The position numbers and the translations under genes are program-made. A DNA stretch of 46,976 bases. Origin: Candidatus Dojkabacteria bacterium (GTDB lineage Bacteria > Patescibacteriota > Dojkabacteria > SC72 > JAHDCA01). The notes under the pieces were generated by a model. It ran no database searches, was not told where the DNA came from, and saw nothing but the letters and a program-made list of their open reading frames with translations. Positions within the stretch are counted from its first letter, which is position 1. Each line of letters begins with the position of its first letter. Below are positions 18,706-27,150 of the stretch, piece by piece. The stretch lies in the NCBI GenBank assembly GCA_027036675.1, contig JALWDW010000005.1:1-46976 (forward strand), in the 5' to 3' direction.

Positions 18706-19554
18706 TTAGGCTGAAGGCATCAAAAATCTGCGAAAGTTCTCATACGTTGTATCAATCACCCGACCTGCTGTAAGCCCCTTCGTTTCGGCCACCACCTCCG
18801 CTATTTCCAATATATCCACCGGTCGGCCAAACTTTTCCGTAGCGGCAACATGTTTGAGTTGCCTCCTGGTCTGAGTTGGTAAATACGGCGAATCGGTCTC
18901 CAACAAGATTTGCTCGATAGGTATTACATTTAACAACTCTCGGACATCCTTACCCGACGGATATGTGACAATCGCATTGACACCGATATAATATCCTTGA
19001 GCTATGATAGTTTCCAAAACGTCGGCCGTACCGGTATAGCTATGAAAGACAACCGGGTCGCTGAAATTATGCTCGGTCAATAACGCCAATGCCGACTTCA
19101 CAGCGATGTCCTCCCCCTTGACGTCGCGCGCATGTATTACCAAAGGCAACCCGCGGTCTACCGCAAGACGAATCTGACCTTCAAACAACAAATATTGCAA
19201 AGTATATAACTTTTCGAAATCGCTTTTGCTGACCCTGAAAAAATCGAAGCCACATTCTCCTATCGCGCTCACGTACTCGCTATGAACATCTACTGCACGT
19301 TCGAGCTTACGCAGGTCCTTCGCTACATCACGCTCTGTACGATCTGCGGTCAATATGCCGGGATGCAGTCCAAAAGAGTGAAAAATATTCATATTTGCAG
19401 GTATATTGTCAAGTTCGACCGATTTATATATATATTCAAAATCCTGTGCTATATTCAGTAAATCCTTCCCCCCATGCAATTGAAATTCGCGTAAAACCTC
19501 CGGCAAATGCGCCAACACCAACTCATCGGTCAAATGGATATGCGAGTCGTACAT
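18706..19554 (-). CDS. tatD: TatD-family metal-dependent hydrolase
   Basis: The N-terminus is MYDSHIHL. The size (~280 aa) and later His/Asp ligand regions (VIHARD, FHSYTG, LLETDSPYL) fit a TIM-barrel TatD enzyme. Confidence 0.88.
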   Translation of the reverse strand: MYDSHIHLTDELVLAHLPEVLREFQLHGGKDLLNIAQDFEYIYKSVELDNIPANMNIFHSFGLHPGILTADRTERDVAKDLRKLERAVDVHSEYVSAIGECGFDFFRVSKSDFEKLYTLQYLLFEGQIRLAVDRGLPLVIHARDVKGEDIAVKSALALLTEHNFSDPVVFHSYTGTADVLETIIAQGYYIGVNAIVTYPSGKDVRELLNVIPIEQILLETDSPYLPTQTRRQLKHVAATEKFGRPVDILEIAEVVAETKGLTAGRVIDTTYENFRRFLMPSA

Positions 19555-19560
19555 GGAAAT

Positions 19561-20844
19561 TCAACGTTGCAAATTATATTCTCTCAACACATCCAGCAAA
19601 GTCCCGTCACCACCCAAACGCCAGTACACCACCCCGGCAATATCATAACTCGTCACCAGATCAAAATGGTCGGACACCGACTCCTTCGACTGAAAATACA
19701 TGGTACATTGAATATGATTCCCACACTCATAGATGCTCATCGACTCACCTGTGGAGGCTATATACGATTGCTCCGTCTGCTCACCGAGGATGTCGGCGAC
19801 TTGCGTGTAAGTGTAAGAAGCCCGCCGACCGTCTGTACCCCATTCGTAAGCATACAACGGCAGACCGATTATCAATTTGTCCGCGGGTATGCGATCTTTT
19901 GCATAATCCATGATCTTAGTCAGCCAACCGGTCGGGGACACTGGACCGGGGTCGGGGTCGGCGGTATTGGTATAGTCGTAAGCCATCACTCGTACATAAT
20001 CCGCAATTTCCGCAATCCTAGCCCAGTCTTGCACCTGCCTTGTCTCAGGCGAGGACGAATAGGACACCCTACCCCATTTTGGTAATACAGTTACCGACAA
20101 AATCTTGTCCTTACGATGTAGTTTCCCTGCCAGCGCATCCAACATGAGAAAATAATTTTCTTTATCCTGCAAATATATTTGTTCGTAATCCAGATCTATA
20201 CCGTCGTATCCGTACGCATCCACTTCGTATACGATAGAGTTGATATGTCGCGTCATATTAACATCGGAATCCAGTACGGAATGCATCGTATCAGCGTCAA
20301 ACAAAGACACGGTAGGCACAACCGATATATCCCTATCCTCCTTCAAGTTCAACAGCTCTTTGTAAGTACCGGGTCGGCTGATTATCAAATCACCGTTGTT
20401 GTTCACATGGTACCAAACGGGAGATACCAAATTGACGAAAGAGTACCTCTTCACCGATTGCACACCCGCAGTATAATCCCATTGAGGTATCCACCCGCCG
20501 ATCAGCAAAGATCCACTACTACCCGTATCATTACCTACATCTTTTTCCTCGTCAACCGAAGACGATGATTTTTGGGTAATAATTTCTGTCTTATCCTCGC
20601 TCACGGGGTTTTGTGAATGATACTTTTCCACGTCAAACGGTACAAAATCGTCATCTTCGACCGCCTGTTGCACTGTAGTCCCCGTTTTTCCCGAGTCAGC
20701 CCCTGGCAACCATGTTTGCAATTTCGCATCCAGAACCGGTGAATAATTCTGATACAATAAGAAAGCTACAGATAAAACCAGCAATACAAATACGGCTTCT
20801 TTCAAAGATTTCAAGACTTGATAATTTCGCTTTTTCCCCTTCAT
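19561..20844 (-). CDS. Glycoside hydrolase family 18-like protein, membrane anchored
   Basis: It has an N-terminal TM helix and the GH18 catalytic motif YGYDGIDLDYE (DxxDxDxE). It starts 38 nt after ftsI, and tatD follows 6 nt later. Confidence 0.8.
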   Translation of the reverse strand: MKGKKRNYQVLKSLKEAVFVLLVLSVAFLLYQNYSPVLDAKLQTWLPGADSGKTGTTVQQAVEDDDFVPFDVEKYHSQNPVSEDKTEIITQKSSSSVDEEKDVGNDTGSSGSLLIGGWIPQWDYTAGVQSVKRYSFVNLVSPVWYHVNNNGDLIISRPGTYKELLNLKEDRDISVVPTVSLFDADTMHSVLDSDVNMTRHINSIVYEVDAYGYDGIDLDYEQIYLQDKENYFLMLDALAGKLHRKDKILSVTVLPKWGRVSYSSSPETRQVQDWARIAEIADYVRVMAYDYTNTADPDPGPVSPTGWLTKIMDYAKDRIPADKLIIGLPLYAYEWGTDGRRASYTYTQVADILGEQTEQSYIASTGESMSIYECGNHIQCTMYFQSKESVSDHFDLVTSYDIAGVVYWRLGGDGTLLDVLREYNLQR

Positions 20845-20882
20845 GATATACCCTCCATATGTACTGAAAGTATATCATTTAT

Positions 20883-22790
20883 CTACTTATATTTTGCCGG
20901 AATTCCGTTGCGTCTGGGTAAATTGAGTTCCGTGGCTATTTCCTTGAAAATCTCAACCCACGCCGGTACTACGTTTTCGGTGGAGAATTTTCCCACGCCC
21001 GGTTCTTCCAACCTCAATAGCATGATCATTTGAGCGTTGTGCGTCGGAGAAAATCCTATAAACGTCGTATTGTTGCGATCTTTGTAGTAACCGACCTTAC
21101 CGTTGCCCAACGGGATCTGCGCAGTACCAGTCTTACCTGCCACTGAGTAGTACGGTAGTACGTCGGTTTTCATAATCCACTTTGCATCCCCCTTACTTAC
21201 CGCATATTCCAACATATCCTGCACTTGATACGCTATATCAGGGTCGAATATATGCTCTTTCACAGCAGGTCGAGTGCGGATTTCTTCGGTATCATCCTTG
21301 ATGGAATCGATAATATACGGTTGCATCCTGTCCCCATGCGTATTTGCCAGTGAGCTAAACGCTGAGACCATCTGCAACGGGGTAACGGATTGCGACTGTC
21401 CAAAAGCGGCGACGGCAAGGTCCAAATCCAACCACTCCGACTCGGGCTTCACATAAGAAGTTGCTTCATCTTGCAGGCCTATATCGCTGAATTCTCCTAT
21501 CCCCAGCTTACCAAAGTATGGATAATATTTTTTAATCCCTATCTCTTGGCTGATCTGCGCGATACATGGGTTATTTGAATTCTTGAGAATATCTTCCAAC
21601 CTCTGCACACCGTCCGGATTTCTATCCCAGGTATATATCAAATGCTCATCCGTCGTACCTTCGTAAAAAGCATAATACCCTTTATCGTCATCGCAAATAT
21701 AATCACGTGGTATGGAACGAGTTTGTAGCCCGATGCCCACTGTCAACGGTTTGAAAACCGACCCAGGTTCGTATAAATCGGCCACCGCTTTGTTCTTTAG
21801 GATCCAAGATTCGCCAACCAACCAATATTGCCCGGGGTTGTAGTCCGGATAATTGGCCATCGCAATGATTTTGCCGGTTTGAGGGTCCATCAAAATCACT
21901 GAGCCACTTTTTGCTTGGTACTTCTCGACTTGTTCCTTGAGTTTGGACTCTACCAATGCTTGGATATGCGGTTGAATCGTCAATACGATGTCTTTACCCT
22001 CTCTGGCTTTGGTCCTGTCAAGATGCGTAGTCAGTATTGCGCTTCCCCCCGCATCCACTTCTATCGTATCGACACTTGTATCCGCTTTGATATCCCCATA
22101 AAAGAAACCTTGGACACCGTAAGCTCCGATATCTCGCCCTTTGTCATCCCTGCTGATAAACCCCAGTACGTGCGATGCCAGCCGATTGTTTGGATAAACG
22201 CGCCTTTGACTGGGAGAAAAGCGTAAAACAAATGCAGGCGATATACTATGCCCCTTCTCATCATGGAACGCATCAATCGCAAGCAATGCCTTCCTCTTTG
22301 TTTCGGACAACTTCCTAGGGTATCTGTAATACCGGAAATCATCTGTGAAATATTTATCCAAGTCGGCGGGATCGATATTCAAAATCTCTGAAGCCTGTGC
22401 GACAAACCCATCCTTTCCCGCAAAAAACTCCGACCTTTCTTGTTCTATGGAACTTAATTCAAACGTCAATTCCCAAGCAGGCTCATCGATAGCCAGTACC
22501 GTGCCGTCGGAGGCAAAGATCGTACCCCGTTTGGCTTCCGTGACGACCTCCGTCTTGTGAACGGCATCTGCTCCTACCGCCAATTCTTCATGCTTGAACA
22601 CCTGCCAATGCACCAATTGCGCAATGTTGGCGATTACAAGTAATATTAAGAACACTATAACCGCGCGAAGATTTCCCGCTGACAATCGCAAATCGTTGCT
22701 TACGGCGGTCCTCTGCCCACCAAAACGTCTTCTTCCATCAAAACCGCGTGTGACCATGGTGTTTCTCATACAAATAAGTAACGCTATCAC
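20883..22790 (-). CDS. ftsI: Penicillin-binding protein 2 / FtsI-type transpeptidase
   Basis: It has an N-terminal TM helix and the motifs SVFKP (SxxK), SNN (SxN) and GKTGTA (KTG). GTG 22790 overlaps the ftsL-like stop as GTGA. ATG 22769 or ATG 22757 are alternative starts. Confidence 0.92.
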   Translation of the reverse strand: MIALLICMRNTMVTRGFDGRRRFGGQRTAVSNDLRLSAGNLRAVIVFLILLVIANIAQLVHWQVFKHEELAVGADAVHKTEVVTEAKRGTIFASDGTVLAIDEPAWELTFELSSIEQERSEFFAGKDGFVAQASEILNIDPADLDKYFTDDFRYYRYPRKLSETKRKALLAIDAFHDEKGHSISPAFVLRFSPSQRRVYPNNRLASHVLGFISRDDKGRDIGAYGVQGFFYGDIKADTSVDTIEVDAGGSAILTTHLDRTKAREGKDIVLTIQPHIQALVESKLKEQVEKYQAKSGSVILMDPQTGKIIAMANYPDYNPGQYWLVGESWILKNKAVADLYEPGSVFKPLTVGIGLQTRSIPRDYICDDDKGYYAFYEGTTDEHLIYTWDRNPDGVQRLEDILKNSNNPCIAQISQEIGIKKYYPYFGKLGIGEFSDIGLQDEATSYVKPESEWLDLDLAVAAFGQSQSVTPLQMVSAFSSLANTHGDRMQPYIIDSIKDDTEEIRTRPAVKEHIFDPDIAYQVQDMLEYAVSKGDAKWIMKTDVLPYYSVAGKTGTAQIPLGNGKVGYYKDRNNTTFIGFSPTHNAQMIMLLRLEEPGVGKFSTENVVPAWVEIFKEIATELNLPRRNGIPAKYK

Positions 22791-23146
22791 TCGGCCTGAG
22801 CGATATTATCCATATCCGTATAGTAACTTACCATATGTGTGGACGCGATATCGGCTTTGTGCAGATTTAGAGTTTCACCGGCGTATTCACTGATAATGAT
22901 CATCGATTGATTCCTGGCGTTTTCTTGGACGAGGTCGTGATTTGCGGATTCCAGGCGGGATTTCAATTGCAATGCGGATTCATATTCTTCACCTTTATTG
23001 CTCAATATCGCCATAGTGGTAAGTCGCGTCACAAAGAAAAGCAGGATCACGACCACATTGAGAGCAATCAGTAGTTTCTTCCGGCTAAATGCGCCGATGT
23101 GGGCTCCGCTGAATACAATTTGTTTTATTTTTCTTTTACTTATCAT
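22787..23146 (-). CDS. ftsL: FtsL/DivIC-like small bitopic cell-division protein
   Basis: The protein is 119 aa with a single TM helix (LLIALNVVVILLFFV) followed by a coiled-coil-like segment. It sits between rsmH and ftsI. Its start overlaps the rsmH stop as ATGA. Confidence 0.6.
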   Translation of the reverse strand: MISKRKIKQIVFSGAHIGAFSRKKLLIALNVVVILLFFVTRLTTMAILSNKGEEYESALQLKSRLESANHDLVQENARNQSMIIISEYAGETLNLHKADIASTHMVSYYTDMDNIAQAE

Positions 23147-24105
23147 GACTTTTCGATGACTCTCAATTTTGCACTTCTGGCTCGTTGATTTTTCGACACT
23201 TCCTTTTCGTCGGGTTTGATCACCTCATCCGTTATCAGTACACCATGCCCTTCTCCAACTTGTTCGTTGAAGAATTTTTTTACAATCCTGTCTTCCAACG
23301 AATGGAAAGATATGACAGCAAGACGCCCGCGGTAAGCAAGCAACTCGTAAGCACTTGTCAGTGCTTGGGACAGTGAGTCGAGCTCGCTGTTTACCGCAAT
23401 CCTCAAAGCTTGATAAACTCTGCTTTGAGTCTTGGTCAACAAAGCCGGTGATGCCACCGGTATAGCCTTACGTATCACCTCGTTGAGGTCACGTACAGTC
23501 TGAACCCCGGCCTTGTATTCTTTGATAGTCCGGGCGATCTTACTGGCATACCTTTCCTCGCCATACTCCCTGATAATGCTCGCCAATTGCTTCACATCCA
23601 ATACTGCAAGCAGATCGGATGCTTTCACACCAAGTCTCGTGTCCATCCTCATATCTAACGGTTGGTCCGAATTCGATTCCTTATAGCTAAACCCACGATT
23701 TTCGTAGTCCAGCTGTCTGGAGGACATTCCCAAATCAAACAGGACACCATGTACGGTAAATCGCATTTGTTCTTCTTCCTCTACATGACGCACAATCTGG
23801 TCGATCTTGGCGAAGTTTTCGTTGACCAATATCCACCGGCCTTCGTCCAGAAGGTCATGATATTTGCGTTTCACAAAATTTATCGCCTCGATATCTTGGT
23901 CAATACTGAGAAGTCGACATTTGGTCGGCATCCGGTTTAGGAGCATTTCGCTATGTCCCCCTTCACCGAGGGTGGCGTCAATATACAGAGGAGTGCTACT
24001 TTCAGACGATTCCGCCGGACTTCGACTTCCTGCGAGTAAATACTCTACCGCTTCTTCGAGCATTACGGTTGTATGATATTTTTTCAAAGAGCTACGATCT
24101 TCCAT
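23143..24105 (-). CDS. rsmH: 16S rRNA (cytosine1402-N4)-methyltransferase RsmH
   Basis: It contains HTTVMLEEAV, IDATLGEGGHSE and SFHSLEDRIVKKFF. Confidence 0.95.
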   Translation of the reverse strand: MEDRSSLKKYHTTVMLEEAVEYLLAGSRSPAESSESSTPLYIDATLGEGGHSEMLLNRMPTKCRLLSIDQDIEAINFVKRKYHDLLDEGRWILVNENFAKIDQIVRHVEEEEQMRFTVHGVLFDLGMSSRQLDYENRGFSYKESNSDQPLDMRMDTRLGVKASDLLAVLDVKQLASIIREYGEERYASKIARTIKEYKAGVQTVRDLNEVIRKAIPVASPALLTKTQSRVYQALRIAVNSELDSLSQALTSAYELLAYRGRLAVISFHSLEDRIVKKFFNEQVGEGHGVLITDEVIKPDEKEVSKNQRARSAKLRVIEKS

Positions 24106-24107
24106 TT

Positions 24108-24542
24108 CTACACATTCTGAATTCCAGTCAGCCTTTGCGCCACTTCGCTTACGTTTTTGGCCAACTGATCCACTTTATTTTCCCACTTAGCTTTGTCCCA
24201 CACTTCTATCCAATTGATCAGACCTATGAAGACAATATCCGAATCAAGTTCCGCATATTGCCTCAACGCCTTGGGGATCACAAAACGTCCCTGTGCGTCA
24301 AGTTCGATTTCCTGAGCGCCCCCGACCAGAAATCTGGTGGAGTCTCGGACATCGGCATTTATGAAAGAGCCTTCGACGACTTCACGCGTGATAATGTCCC
24401 ACCGTGTTTTGTCTACGATCACCAAAGTTCCTTCAAAACCTCTTGTCAGGATGATTTCACCTGCAAATGCTTCTCGGAACTTCTTGGGGAATGCTGTTCT
24501 CCCCTTCGTATCGATTTTGGTAGCGATTTCTCCGGTAAGCAT
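24108..24542 (-). CDS. mraZ: Transcriptional regulator MraZ
   Basis: It has two SpoVT/AbrB-like halves with DTKGRTAFPKKFRE and DAQGRFVIPKALRQ. I set the start to ATG 24542 (MLTGEIATKID). The longer ORF reaching 24599 would run into the predicted operator. Confidence 0.92.
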   Translation of the reverse strand: MLTGEIATKIDTKGRTAFPKKFREAFAGEIILTRGFEGTLVIVDKTRWDIITREVVEGSFINADVRDSTRFLVGGAQEIELDAQGRFVIPKALRQYAELDSDIVFIGLINWIEVWDKAKWENKVDQLAKNVSEVAQRLTGIQNV

Positions 24543-24593
24543 TTGTTTTTTCGAAACTTTAGGATGGTAGAGGGTCGTTACTAGGTCGGGCCT

Positions 24594-24618
24594 CCCCACT
24601 TTTCACCACCCATCACCA
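24594..24618 (-). promoter_or_regulatory. Predicted MraZ operator: three direct repeats TGGTG-N5-TGGTG-N5-TGGGG
   Basis: The minus strand reads agTGGTGatgggTGGTGaaaagTGGGGagg. The repeat starts are exactly 10 bp apart (24618, 24608, 24598). The site lies immediately downstream of the -10 box. This matches the published TGGGN-N5 triple-repeat architecture of MraZ operators. Confidence 0.55.
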
Positions 24619-24623
24619 CTATC

Positions 24624-24652
24624 AATTTACACGCTATCGGGACCGGTGTCAA
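24624..24652 (-). promoter_or_regulatory. Sigma-70-type promoter of the mraZ operon (TTGACA-N17-TAAATT)
   Basis: On the minus strand, TTGACA lies at 24647-24652 and TAAATT at 24624-24629, separated by a 17-nt spacer. The -10 box is about 80 nt upstream of the mraZ ATG. Confidence 0.6.
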
Positions 24653-24731
24653 GAATGTTTTCAGACCCGGGGTCGAAACCCAACCTTTGAACAGAAACCT
24701 CGTCGTGACAGCGGTGGTAACACGAAAATCG

Positions 24732-24755
24732 GGATTTTGCATATATGCAAAATCC
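24732..24755. repeat. Perfect 24-bp palindrome GGATTTTGCATATATGCAAAATCC
   Basis: Read directly from the sequence; the 12+12 halves have no mismatch. On the minus strand the hairpin is followed by cgATTTTcg. It therefore could act as a terminator or insulator upstream of the mraZ promoter, or as a dimer-binding operator. Confidence 0.9.
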
Positions 24756-25103
24756 GGCATGTGTACGGTATTTTTAGGTTTCGTGCCATGACGACGGGCT
24801 TTGTACGTAACACCCCGGATGGCTGTTGCAGACATGATTTAGCGTGGATGGTGCTCCCCACCCCTCGGCAGATTTCCTGTGACAGAGCCACTATTGGAGT
24901 CTATGCCTGTCTGACCTATATACAAAAGGTTAGGCTGCCGTTCGACTGCGCCGTATTAGCGGGTCGGACGCCTTGCCACCTTCGGTCGATGGAGAACAGA
25001 GTCCTTTTCCGACCTTCGGGTCGGGGTGCAGGGCTAGCTACGACGCTCAGCCGACCTTTTTGGCAACCATTCATCCTCAGGCTCGGGTACCACGCCGGGC
25101 ATA

Positions 25104-25360
25104 CAGGTCGGTCTCCGCCCGCGGGTGGGGGTGTCGGCCACAGTGCTTCATCCGCCCGTTGGCCAAACCTCCGGGCTCAAAGTGCGGGGAACCGTATCGG
25201 TCGTCAGGTCGGTCTCCGCCCGCGGGTGGGGGTATCGACCACAGTGCTTCATCCGCCCATTGGCCAATCCTCCGCCTCAAAGTGCGGGGAACCGTATCGG
25301 TCATCAGGTCGGTCTCCGCCCGCGGGTGGGGGGTTGCCACAAACCCGCTTCTTCAGCCCG
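25104..25360 (+). repeat. GC-rich tandem repeat with period 100-101 bp, about 2.5 copies
   Basis: Units start with CAGGTCGGTCTCCGCCCGCGGGTGGGGG at 25104, 25205 and 25305. Units 1 and 2 are near-identical over about 100 bp. Unit 3 diverges after about 30 bp. Weaker similarity extends upstream to about 25060. Confidence 0.9.
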
Positions 25361-25740
25361 CAGTCCTGATGACACGCAGAGAACGCTAAACGACATAAAA
25401 ACCTCAGTACTCGCGAGACACACGGAAATCGTACACTGTCACAAGGATCGGGACAAGCAGACCTCTCCGATCTCTACGATAGATGGTGAGTAGAACCGCT
25501 ACCAGAGTGACAAACCTACGATAGCCCCGAAAGCCCTGGTATCACGGACAAGTTTACACACTGCAAAGTGAGTTCCCCGCAACCGTTTTCACAATAGCCT
25601 AAATCGGTTATCAGATTCACATCGCAAAAAACATCGAGATTCCCGATTTTCGGCCTGTTATGCTCATATCAACAAGCTTCAGACTCAAAGGGTGGGTACA
25701 ACCCCCGGGTCCGAACCCCGGCTTCGTGTCAGTTCCATCC

Positions 25741-25765
25741 AAAAAAAAATGGGGATCCAACCCCA
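25741..25765 (-). terminator. Intrinsic terminator downstream of murA
   Basis: The minus strand reads TGGGGTTGGATCCCCA followed by a run of nine T. It begins about 30 nt after the murA stop. Confidence 0.7.
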
Positions 25766-25793
25766 GACACGAGCCCCTACCTCGCAACGCCTC

Positions 25794-27095
25794 CTACTCC
25801 GCCCATTCCACATCGGCGCCAAGTTTGTGCAAATTTTGCACAAAGTGTGGGTGCGCCCTTTTGATTGTATCGGCACTTTTGACTACACTACGCCCGGGAA
25901 TCGAAGCGCTCACCATAAACAACGCCACTGCCACACGGATAATATACGGAGCATCCACTACGGCAGGATTCAAGCGTTTCCCTCCAAACACAATCACTCT
26001 GTGAGGGTCGGACATATGAACATGAGCCCCAAATTTCATCAATTCCGTAATCCAATGCATTGCCCCCTCGTAAATTTTATTCCAAAACAACAATGTACCG
26101 TCTACCCTCGTCGCCAACGCCATAAACGGTGGCATCAAGTCCGCCGGAAAGTACGGCCACGGTGCGGCCTCGACTTTTCGCAACATATTTTTCTGTTCCG
26201 TGGGTTTCAACTGGAATGTGGAATCAGGCAATACTGTAACAGTATCCGAACCGATATCCAAATGCACACCAAGATTGTCAAACGTCTTGTAAATCAACCC
26301 CATATACTGTTGATCAGGCATATTGACTGTCACTTTACCACCTGTCATCGCGCCCAAAGCCAAGAAGGTCGCCACCTCGTAGTAGTCGTCCGTTACTCTA
26401 TGATTTACCGGCGTATTCGACAATTCTCGCACCCCTTCGATGCTCAGTTTGTTGGAACCTGCACCTTCTATTTGCGCTCCCAACTTCATCAAAAATTGCG
26501 ATAAGTCCTGCACCTGCGGTTCGGATGCGCTATTTAACAATATCGAATGGCCGTTCGCCATGATCGCACTCAAGATGAAGTTTTCAGTGGAAGTGACCCC
26601 TTGATAATCGGCCCAGTGTTCACAAGCTCGAAATTTATCCAGGATGGAAAATTCCCGACTCCCGTTGACTCCACGCACCTTGACACCCATTTTCTTCCAG
26701 AATTCATAATCAACTTCACTGTCGCGCACACCCAATGTACATCCCTTAAGCTTATTTGGAATTCGCACGGTTTTGTACCTGTGCAACAAGCCGGGGATCA
26801 ACAACTTCGCCGACCCCATATTTGTCGGGTACTTATCCATATTGGGTGAGGCATGCAAATGGGAATTATCAATCTGTAAAGTATTTTCGGCGCGTTGCCA
26901 CGTAATCTTGGAACCGATGCTTTTGAGGAAACGTAACATATTCCGCACATCTGTAATATCTGGCACGTTGGTAAACGTTACCGGTGCATCTGTGAAAAGC
27001 GTAGCCGGTATCAATGCGACTATCGAGTTTTTGTATCCCGACGGTGTGATTGTACCTTGTAACGGTTTCCCACCCTGAATTATCAGATCAGCCAT
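25794..27095 (-). CDS. murA: UDP-N-acetylglucosamine 1-carboxyvinyltransferase MurA
   Basis: It has an EPSP-synthase-fold N-terminus MADLIIQGGKPLQGTITPSGYKNS and an active-site loop with Cys (KLKGCTLGVR). The length is 433 aa. Confidence 0.93.
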   Translation of the reverse strand: MADLIIQGGKPLQGTITPSGYKNSIVALIPATLFTDAPVTFTNVPDITDVRNMLRFLKSIGSKITWQRAENTLQIDNSHLHASPNMDKYPTNMGSAKLLIPGLLHRYKTVRIPNKLKGCTLGVRDSEVDYEFWKKMGVKVRGVNGSREFSILDKFRACEHWADYQGVTSTENFILSAIMANGHSILLNSASEPQVQDLSQFLMKLGAQIEGAGSNKLSIEGVRELSNTPVNHRVTDDYYEVATFLALGAMTGGKVTVNMPDQQYMGLIYKTFDNLGVHLDIGSDTVTVLPDSTFQLKPTEQKNMLRKVEAAPWPYFPADLMPPFMALATRVDGTLLFWNKIYEGAMHWITELMKFGAHVHMSDPHRVIVFGGKRLNPAVVDAPYIIRVAVALFMVSASIPGRSVVKSADTIKRAHPHFVQNLHKLGADVEWAE

Positions 27096-27135
27096 GGCGT
27101 AGTGTATGATATTTAGACGCCGACTTCAATATCTA

Positions 27136-27144
27136 TGTTACAAT
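27136..27144 (+). promoter_or_regulatory. Extended -10 promoter element (TGtTACAAT), apparently leaderless tmk-like gene
   Basis: The sequence tatgTTACAATacacgcATG places the hexamer end 6 nt before ATG 27151. It is near-identical to the element at 28-36. Confidence 0.45.
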
Positions 27145-27150
27145 ACACGC

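Noticed and set aside
25104-25360. Possible CRISPR array, with a 28-nt repeat recurring every ~100 bp
   Set aside because: The sequences between the repeats are about 73 nt long and nearly identical to each other, so this is a tandem duplication rather than a repeat-spacer array. There are only about 2.5 units, and no cas genes are in the window.
25366-25372. Hammerhead ribozyme core CUGAUGA
   Set aside because: No adjacent stem II hairpin followed by GAAA is present, and no cleavage-site helix can be formed. It is an isolated heptamer match.
24737-25493. ORFs of 210, 138, 122 and 87 aa spanning the murA-mraZ gap
   Set aside because: They overlap one another in different frames and strands, and they coincide with the GC-rich tandem repeat, where stop codons are rare. 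Their products are low-complexity G/P/R/S strings with no recognisable domain.
25686-25726. tRNA or tRNA-like genes suggested by T-arm-like hairpins (CCGGG-TCCGAAC-CCCGG and CCGGG-TACGAAG-CCCGG at 8495-8532)
   Set aside because: The loops lack the canonical TTCRAnn sequence. No acceptor-stem partner, D arm or 7-nt anticodon loop with U33 can be drawn, and the spacing is too short for a tRNA.
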